Assembly (NCBI RefSeq): GCF_014648915.1
Contig: NZ_BMSA01000020.1
Coordinates: forward strand, 26,850 to 58,849
Direction: 5' to 3'
From: Streptomyces phaeofaciens
GTDB lineage: Bacteria > Actinomycetota > Actinomycetes > Streptomycetales > Streptomycetaceae
Length of the DNA: 32,000 nucleotides
Part shown: positions 26,477 to 32,000 of the stretch, piece after piece
Position numbering within the stretch: the stretch's first letter is position 1
Layout: each line of letters begins with the position of its first letter
Program-made: the position numbers and the translations under genes
The notes under the pieces: generated by a model
What the model was told of the DNA's origin: nothing
The model's input: the letters and a program-made list of their open reading frames with translations, nothing else
Database searches by the model: none

Positions 26477-26622
26477 GGGGCCGCCCACCCTCCCCCGGCC
26501 CCGTTACGCCGCGTCTGCCTCCTGGGTGAAATCAGCCACGGCGCGGCTGCGGATTCCGTGGCCGCGCCGATCGCCATGTCTATATGACAAACCCCGTCCC
26601 GCTGCCGCCCTTCGGAGGTTCC

Positions 26623-26718
26623 ATGCACTCGACCGCGGAGCTGATCGGCGCCGCCGGAACCTTCGTCGGCCTCGGAATCCTCACCTTCCTCAGTCTCTGG
26701 AGCATCAGCCGCCGCTGA
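26623..26718 (+). CDS. Unannotated small ORF, 31-aa hydrophobic (single-TM) peptide
   Basis: ggagg (26614-26618) lies 4 nt before the ATG. Peptide: MHSTAELIGAAGTFVGLGILTFLSLWSISRR, followed by TGA. 27 of 30 sense codons after the ATG end in G/C. Too short for the supplied ORF track. It lies 134 nt upstream of trkA. Confidence 0.5.
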   Translation: MHSTAELIGAAGTFVGLGILTFLSLWSISRR

Positions 26719-26852
26719 TCGCCCGAACCGTGCACAGGGGTGCCCCATGACGACCGCGCGTGTGTAGCTTGGTCGACGGTCTGAGACCCTGTTCAGAGCC
26801 ATGCAAGAGAACTGATTGACCTCTTGACTTCGTGACCCTCGGAAGGACGGTC

Positions 26853-27521
26853 GTGCACATCGTCATCATGGGCTGCGGCAGAGTGGGTTCCGCTCTCGCC
26901 CAGACCCTGGAGCAACAGGGGCACACGGTCGCCGTGATCGACCAGGACCCCACCGCCTTCCGACGACTGGGCTCCGGTTTCGGCGGTCGTCGTGTCACCG
27001 GAGTCGGCTTCGACCAGGACACCCTGCGCGAGGCCGGCATCGAGGAGGCGGGCGCCTTCGCCGCCGTCTCCAGCGGTGACAACTCCAACATCATCGCCGC
27101 CCGGGTGGCCCGCGAGATGTTCGGCATCGAGAACGTCGCGGCCCGTATCTACGACCCCCGGCGTGCCGAGGTCTACCAGCGCCTGGGCATCCCCACCGTC
27201 GCCACCGTCCGCTGGACGGCCGACCAGATGCTGCGCCGGCTGCTGCCCTCGGGCGCCGAGCCGCTGTGGCGCGACCCCACCGGGGGCATCCAGCTCGCCG
27301 AGGTGCACGCCGCCCCGTCCTGGGTCGGCCACAAGATCAGCAAGCTCCAGGAGGAGACGGGCGTCCGCGTGGCGTTCCTGACCCGCCTCGGTGAGGCGAT
27401 CCTGCCGACCTCCCAGACGGTGCTCCAGGAGGGCGATCTGGTGCACGTGATGATGCGCACCGACGAGGTGGAGAAGGTCGAGGCGTCGTTCGCCGAAGGC
27501 CCGAAGGAAGGCGGTCACTGA
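26853..27521 (+). CDS. trkA: TrkA-family K+ uptake regulatory protein (RCK: TrkA-N + TrkA-C), CeoB-like
   Basis: GTG at 26853 lies 5 nt after ggaagga. Begins VHIVIMGCGRVGSALAQTLEQQGHTVAVID (Rossmann GxGxxG) and ends in an RCK_C region. The stop overlaps the next start as TGATG. Confidence 0.9.
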   Translation: MHIVIMGCGRVGSALAQTLEQQGHTVAVIDQDPTAFRRLGSGFGGRRVTGVGFDQDTLREAGIEEAGAFAAVSSGDNSNIIAARVAREMFGIENVAARIYDPRRAEVYQRLGIPTVATVRWTADQMLRRLLPSGAEPLWRDPTGGIQLAEVHAAPSWVGHKISKLQEETGVRVAFLTRLGEAILPTSQTVLQEGDLVHVMMRTDEVEKVEASFAEGPKEGGH

Positions 27522-28198
27522 TGAGGGTCGCCATTGCCGGAGCCGGCGCCGTCGGCCGCTCGATCGCGGGCGAGCTGCTGGAGAACGGCCACGAGATCCT
27601 GCTCATCGACAAGGCGCCGACCGCCATCTCGGTCGAGCGCGTCCCCCAGGCGGAGTGGCTGCTCGCCGACGCCTGCGAGATCACGTCCCTGGACGAGGCG
27701 GCCCTCCAGCGCTGCAACGTCGTGATCGCCGCGACGGGCGACGACAAGGTCAACCTGGTCGTCTCCCTGCTGGCCAAGACGGAGTACGGCGTCCCGCGCG
27801 TCGTCGCCCGCGTCAACAACCCCAAGAACGAGTGGCTCTTCAACGAGTCCTGGGGCGTCGACGTGGCCGTCTCCACCCCGCGTCTGATGTCCGCCCTGGT
27901 CGAGGAGGCGGTGAGCGTCGGCGACCTGGTCCGGCTGCTGCGCTTCAGCCACGGCGACGCCAACCTCGTCGAACTGACCCTCCCCGAGGAGTCGGCCCTG
28001 GCCGGCACCCAGGTCGGCGACGTCGAGTGGCCGGAGGACACCTCCCTGGTCACCATCATCCGCGGCACGCGCGTCCTCACCCCGACCCGCGAGGACTCCC
28101 TGGAGCCGGGTGACGAACTGCTGTTCGTGGCCGCGCAGGCCCGGGAGGAGCAGCTGGAGGACCTGCTGTCGGTACGCAAGGACACCACCGGTAGCTGA
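27521..28198 (+). CDS. trkA: TrkA-family K+ uptake regulatory protein (second RCK subunit), CeoC-like
   Basis: Begins MRVAIAGAGAVGRSIAGELLENGHEILLIDK, followed by a C-terminal RCK_C region. Translationally coupled to the upstream trkA. Confidence 0.9.
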   Translation: MRVAIAGAGAVGRSIAGELLENGHEILLIDKAPTAISVERVPQAEWLLADACEITSLDEAALQRCNVVIAATGDDKVNLVVSLLAKTEYGVPRVVARVNNPKNEWLFNESWGVDVAVSTPRLMSALVEEAVSVGDLVRLLRFSHGDANLVELTLPEESALAGTQVGDVEWPEDTSLVTIIRGTRVLTPTREDSLEPGDELLFVAAQAREEQLEDLLSVRKDTTGS

Positions 28199-28215
28199 CC
28201 GGAGTGGACGACGAC

Positions 28216-28253
28216 GGCGAAGGGCGCCCTGAGATCTCAGGGCGCCCTTCGCC
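28216..28253. terminator. Perfect 38-bp palindrome (19-bp arms) between convergent trkA and DUF3159 genes
   Basis: ggcgaagggcgccctgaga | tctcagggcgcccttcgcc, exact reverse complements. Confidence 0.7.
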
Positions 28254-28309
28254 TATCGGCAGCGCGCGTGCCGGGCGCCGCGAGCCGGACGGGACTGCGG
28301 GGACACGGC

Positions 28310-29056
28310 CTAGCCCTCCCGGCGGTGCCGCCCACCAGCCTCCGCGGCGTCGGCAGCCTTCCGCTCGGCCTCCGCCTTCTCCTCCGCCTCCATCTCCGCG
28401 AACACGTCGATCGGCGCGGGCGCCTTCGCGAGGAAGACCCAGGTCAGCCAGACGGCGAGCAGGAACGGCGGGATCTTCAGCGCGACCAGCACCCAGCCGA
28501 GCTGGGCCGTGTCGGCCCACCAGTACAGCGGGAAGAGGATCGCGCACTTGGCGAGCAGGATCAGGCCCCACGCCCAACTGGCCTTGGCGTACGCCGTCTT
28601 GCGGCCCGGGTTGCGGGTGCGCCAGGAGAGGTTCTCCTTGAAGACCGGGCCGAGGATCAGACCGATCAGCGGAACCCCGCACAGCGTCGTGATGATGTAC
28701 GCCAGCGCCAGGCCCAGCGTGTAGATCATGCCGGGCAGGTAGAAGTCCTTGGCGTTGCCGGTCATCATCGCGAAGACGACACCGAAGGCGACGCCGAAGA
28801 CCCCGCTGAAGGCGTGCTTGACGGTGTCCTTCATCACCAGGCGGACCACGACCAGGATCACCGAGACCACCAGGGCGGCGATCGCCGCCATGTGGAGGTC
28901 CTTGTTGATCGTGAAGATCGTGACGAAGAGGAGGCCGGGCATCACCGTCTCGACCATGCCCCGCACCCCACCGAACGCCTCGAACAAGGCGGCCTCGGTC
29001 ACCGCCCGGGCGTCGTCCTGCTGAGTGTCTTCGGTCGGCTTGTCGAGCGACGTCAC
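28310..29056 (-). CDS. DUF3159-type integral membrane protein (Rv2693c-like)
   Basis: 248 aa with multiple hydrophobic spans (GLLFVTIFTI, AAIAALVVSVILVVV, GVFGVAFGVVFAMM, LIGLILGPVF...) and a charged EAEEKAEAERK tail. It starts 3 nt after the OB-fold gene. Confidence 0.85.
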   Translation of the reverse strand: MTSLDKPTEDTQQDDARAVTEAALFEAFGGVRGMVETVMPGLLFVTIFTINKDLHMAAIAALVVSVILVVVRLVMKDTVKHAFSGVFGVAFGVVFAMMTGNAKDFYLPGMIYTLGLALAYIITTLCGVPLIGLILGPVFKENLSWRTRNPGRKTAYAKASWAWGLILLAKCAILFPLYWWADTAQLGWVLVALKIPPFLLAVWLTWVFLAKAPAPIDVFAEMEAEEKAEAERKAADAAEAGGRHRREG

Positions 29057-29059
29057 CGG

Positions 29060-29458
29060 CTACTCCCTACCGAGGGGTCTCAGTTCGTACTTCGGATTGA
29101 AGAGCACCCGGCGGCCTCTGCTCATGGAGATCCGGCCCGATGCGATGAGCTTGCGTCCCGGTTCTATCCCCACGATGGAGCGCCTGCCCAGCCACACCAC
29201 GTCCAGTGCGGCGCTGCCGTCGAACAGCTCCGCCTCCAGGGCCGGGACTCCGGCCCTCGGGCGCAGGGTGACCGTGCGCAAGGTACCAGTAACCGTCACG
29301 ATCTGGCGGTCCTGGCAGTCTCCGATCCGGGTGCACCCGGCCGTCTCGGCGTCCTCTCGCAGCTCCTCCGACTCCAGGTCCTCCTGGGACGAGGAGAGCC
29401 GGTCGAGCATGCGCCGGAACCGGCCCGCCGGCTTTTCGGAACGAGGAACAGCACTCAT
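29060..29458 (-). CDS. OB-fold domain protein (Rv2694c-like)
   Basis: 132 aa. Sequence IGDCQDRQIVTVTGTLRTVTLRPRAGVPALEAELFDGSAALDVVWLGRRSIVGIEPGRKLIASGRI shows the OB-fold (tRNA_anti-like) pattern. Synteny with DUF3159 supports the call. Confidence 0.8.
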   Translation of the reverse strand: MSAVPRSEKPAGRFRRMLDRLSSSQEDLESEELREDAETAGCTRIGDCQDRQIVTVTGTLRTVTLRPRAGVPALEAELFDGSAALDVVWLGRRSIVGIEPGRKLIASGRISMSRGRRVLFNPKYELRPLGRE

Positions 29459-29503
29459 ATCTGAAGCGTACCGGTGCCCGCCGACACCGCCGTACCCGTG
29501 GTG

Positions 29504-30220
29504 CTACCGCTCGAACCGGTAACCCATCCCCGGCTCGGTGATGAAGTGCTCGGGGTGCGACGGGTCCGCCTCCAGCTTGCGTCTCAGCTGGGCCATGTAC
29601 ACCCGCAGGTAGTTGGTCTCCGTCCCGTAGGACGGCCCCCACACCTCCTGGAGCAGCTGTTTCTGGCTGACGAGCCGGCCGGTGTTGCGCACCAGCACCT
29701 CCAGCAGATGCCACTCGGTGGGCGTCAGCCGGACGTCCTTCCCGGCCCGGTGGACCTTCTTCGCGGCGAGGTCGACGGTGAATTCGCCGGTCTCCACCAG
29801 GACGTCGTCCTCCTCGCCCCCGGCGGGCTCGGCGCGGCGCACGGCGGCCCGCAGCCGGGCCAGCAGCTCGTCCATGCCGAAGGGCTTGGTGACGTAGTCG
29901 TCGGCGCCCGCGTCGAGCGCCTCGACCTTCTCGTCCGAGGAGTGCCGGGCGGACAGCACCAGGATCGGCACCCGGGTCCAGCCGCGGAGCCCCTTGATCA
30001 CCTCGACGCCGTCCATGTCGGGCAGTCCCAGGTCGAGGACGACCACGTCCGGGTGGCGGGCGGCGGCGAGCTTGAGGGCGGTGGCGCCGTCGTGGGCGGC
30101 GTCCACCTCGTACTTGCGCGCCTTGAGGTTGATCACGAGGGCGCGCACGATCTGCGGTTCGTCGTCGATGACGAGCACCCTCGTGGGAGTCTGGGGGATC
30201 CCCCCAGCAGGGCTCACCAT
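29504..30220 (-). CDS. kdpE: OmpR-family response regulator, KdpE-like
   Basis: Receiver domain RVLVIDDEPQIVRALVINLKARKYEV...VVVLDLGLPDMDG...ADDYVTKPF. Winged-helix output domain LTPTEWHLLEVLVRNTGRLVSQKQLLQEVWGPSYGTETNYLRVYMAQLRRKLE. The ATG overlaps the kdpD stop. Confidence 0.9.
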   Translation of the reverse strand: MVSPAGGIPQTPTRVLVIDDEPQIVRALVINLKARKYEVDAAHDGATALKLAAARHPDVVVLDLGLPDMDGVEVIKGLRGWTRVPILVLSARHSSDEKVEALDAGADDYVTKPFGMDELLARLRAAVRRAEPAGGEEDDVLVETGEFTVDLAAKKVHRAGKDVRLTPTEWHLLEVLVRNTGRLVSQKQLLQEVWGPSYGTETNYLRVYMAQLRRKLEADPSHPEHFITEPGMGYRFER

Positions 30221-32000
30221 GAAGCCTGCCTTTCCCGTTCTGCCGAGCTCTTCTCCGCCGCGGCCCGGGCCTCGGCGTCCTCGCCGGGCGGCCGCGATCC
30301 CGCCGCGCGGAGCGTGAGGACCATGGTCAGGCCCCCGCCGGGGGTGTCCTCGGCGTTGAGGGTGCCGCCCATGGCCTCGACGAAGCCGCGCGCCACCGCG
30401 AGGCCGAGTCCCACCCCCGCCCCGCGCGGAGCGTCACCGTACCGCTGGAAGGGCGCGAAGATCCGCTCCTTCGCCTCGTCGGGAACGCCCGGCCCCCGGT
30501 CCACGACGCGCACCTCGACCCGCTCGGAGAGCGCGCTCGCCGAGACCAGCACGGGTTCGCCGGCGGGGCTGTACTTGACCGCGTTCTCCACCAGGTTGGC
30601 CACCGACCGCTCCAGCAGCCCGGCGTCCACGGCGACCATCGGCAGTGTCTCCGGGATGTCCAGCTCCACGCACTCCTCCGGGTCGGGGACCCCGCCGAGT
30701 GCCATCGGCACCACCTCGTCGAGGTCGATCTCCCGGATGATCGGTGTGACCGTGCCGGTCTGGAGGCGCGACATGTCGAGCAGGTTGCCCACCAGGTGGT
30801 CGAGGCGGTCCGCGCCCTCCTCGATGGCTTCGAGCAGCTCGGCGCGGTCCTCCTCGGACCATTCCACGTCGTCGGATCTCAGGCTCGACACCGCCGCCTT
30901 GATCGCGGCCAGCGGCGTCCGCAGATCATGGCTGACGGCGGCCAGCAGGGCGGTGCGGATCCGGTTGCCCTCGGCCAGCGCGCGGGCCCGCTCGGCCTCC
31001 TCCTGGAGCCGCCGCCGGTCCAGCACGACGACCGCCTGCGCGGCGAACGCGGCCAGCACCCGGCGGTCCTCGGCGGGCAGCACGCGGCCGGTGAGGGCCA
31101 GCGCCATGTGGTCGCCGACCGGGACGTCCACGTCCGCCTCCTCCGGCCGCCCGACCATCCGGCCGACGCCCATGTGGCCCGCGCAGGTCCACGGCGCCCG
31201 GTCGTCGGTCCGCTCCAGCAGCGCCGCCGATTCCATCCCGAAGGTCTCCCGCACCCGCTCCAGCAGGGCCTCCAGGCTGGTCTCGCCGCGCAGCACGTTG
31301 CCGGCCAGGTAGGACAGGATCTCGGACTCGGCTCTCAGCCGGGCGGCCTGGTGGGTGCGCCGGGCCGCCAGGTCCACCACCGAGGCCACCGACACCCCGA
31401 CCCCGACGAAGATCACTATGGCGACGATGTTCTTCGGGTCGGCGATCGTCCAGCGGTGCAGGGGCGGGGTGTAGTAGTAGTTCAGCAGCAGGGAGCCGAG
31501 GGCCGCCGAGGCGAGCGCCGGCAGGAGTCCGCCGGCCAGCGCGGCCGCCACGGTCAACGCCAGGAACAGCAGCATGTCGTTGGCGAGGCCCAGGTCGACG
31601 ACGCTCAGCAGGGCCGCGAGGAGCACCGGACCGGCCAGGCCGATCGCCCAGCCCCAGATGATCCGGGCCCGCCCGAGCCGGGCGCCCCGGGCCACCGGCA
31701 GCCCCCGCCCCTTGGCCGCCTCCTCGTGGGTCACGATGTGCACGTCGAGGTCGGGCCCCGACTCCCGGGCGACCGTGGCGCCGACGCCGGGCCCGAAGAC
31801 GTACTGCCAGGCCTTGCGGCGCGAGGAGCCGAGGACGATCTGGGTGGCGTTCACCCCGCGGGCGAAGGCGAGCAGCGCGGCCGGTATGTCGTCGCCGACC
31901 ACGTGGTGGAAGGTGCCGCCCAGGTCTTCCGCGAGGGTGCGCTGGACGGCGAGTTCCTTGGGCGAGGCGGAGGTCAGCCCGTCACTGCGCGCTATGTACA
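30214..32000 (-). CDS. kdpD: Sensor histidine kinase KdpD (5' end beyond window)
   Basis: The frame stays open upstream of the track start at 31902; own translation gives ...LAEDLGGTFHHVVGDDIPAALLAFARGVNATQIVLG (Usp domain). TM helices follow, then the H-box LLAAVSHDLRTPLAAI and the HATPase region VVDRGPGVP...GAGVGLGLAVARGF. Confidence 0.9.
   Translation of the reverse strand, partial: YIARSDGLTSASPKELAVQRTLAEDLGGTFHHVVGDDIPAALLAFARGVNATQIVLGSSRRKAWQYVFGPGVGATVARESGPDLDVHIVTHEEAAKGRGLPVARGARLGRARIIWGWAIGLAGPVLLAALLSVVDLGLANDMLLFLALTVAAALAGGLLPALASAALGSLLLNYYYTPPLHRWTIADPKNIVAIVIFVGVGVSVASVVDLAARRTHQAARLRAESEILSYLAGNVLRGETSLEALLERVRETFGMESAALLERTDDRAPWTCAGHMGVGRMVGRPEEADVDVPVGDHMALALTGRVLPAEDRRVLAAFAAQAVVVLDRRRLQEEAERARALAEGNRIRTALLAAVSHDLRTPLAAIKAAVSSLRSDDVEWSEEDRAELLEAIEEGADRLDHLVGNLLDMSRLQTGTVTPIIREIDLDEVVPMALGGVPDPEECVELDIPETLPMVAVDAGLLERSVANLVENAVKYSPAGEPVLVSASALSERVEVRVVDRGPGVPDEAKERIFAPFQRYGDAPRGAGVGLGLAVARGFVEAMGGTLNAEDTPGGGLTMVLTLRAAGSRPPGEDAEARAAAEKSSAERERQASW

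Noticed and set aside
26477-26852. c-di-AMP (ydaO/kimA-type) riboswitch upstream of the KimA-like permease or trkA
   Set aside because: I scanned both strands for the conserved cores I recall (GGGGAxCCA and ACCCGAAUCCGACAGCUAACCUCGUAAG-like segments) and found none. The available leader is also shorter than the roughly 130-nt motif. Only two mutually exclusive GC hairpins (26535-26572) were seen. A covariance-model scan with Rfam RF00379 would settle it.
29504-32000. Calling kdpDE an orphan two-component system lacking kdpFABC
   Set aside because: kdpD is truncated at the window edge and its upstream region is not visible. kdpFABC could lie just beyond 32000, so the claim cannot be supported.

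Overview
High-GC, Streptomyces-like actinomycete chromosomal segment; sampled 60-nt lines hand-count at about 68-75% GC. I support about 30 protein-coding genes and found no rRNA, tRNA, CRISPR array, transposase or integrase. Left to right, the genes are as follows. (1) Regulator/enzyme pairs: SDR with TetR, azoreductase with LysR, and an LLM-class oxidoreductase. (2) Two small hypothetical genes. (3) A translationally coupled ABC/SMC-like ATPase plus MazG-like NTP pyrophosphohydrolase pair. (4) A short SepF paralog. (5) YceI with MarR, then TetR with a 14-TM MFS exporter. (6) furA-katG and an enoyl-CoA hydratase/hydrolase. (7) A four-gene polymorphic-toxin operon at 16504-22836: SseB-like protein, acidic Trp-rich helical protein, a 1591-aa Rhs/YD-repeat toxin with a helical T7SS/LXG-like N-terminus and an unclassified 144-aa C-terminal toxin domain, and a putative immunity protein. 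(8) A conserved actinobacterial block resembling M. tuberculosis Rv2689c-Rv2694c: RNA methyltransferase, KimA-like APC permease, an unannotated 31-aa membrane sORF, two TrkA/CeoBC genes, DUF3159 and an OB-fold protein. (9) kdpE and a 5'-truncated kdpD. The Rhs locus is the best candidate for a new system. It looks like an accessory insertion between housekeeping genes, and both its toxin tip and its two helper genes are uncharacterised. The intergenic DNA is unusually structured. It contains a 13-bp x9 tandem repeat fused to a 26-bp perfect hairpin, a roughly 31-bp x5 array, five 15-bp direct repeats upstream of the toxin operon, a run of 12 G-tracts, and clear palindromic operators. Many long ORFs in the supplied track are antisense or out-of-frame shadows typical of high-GC DNA and were rejected.
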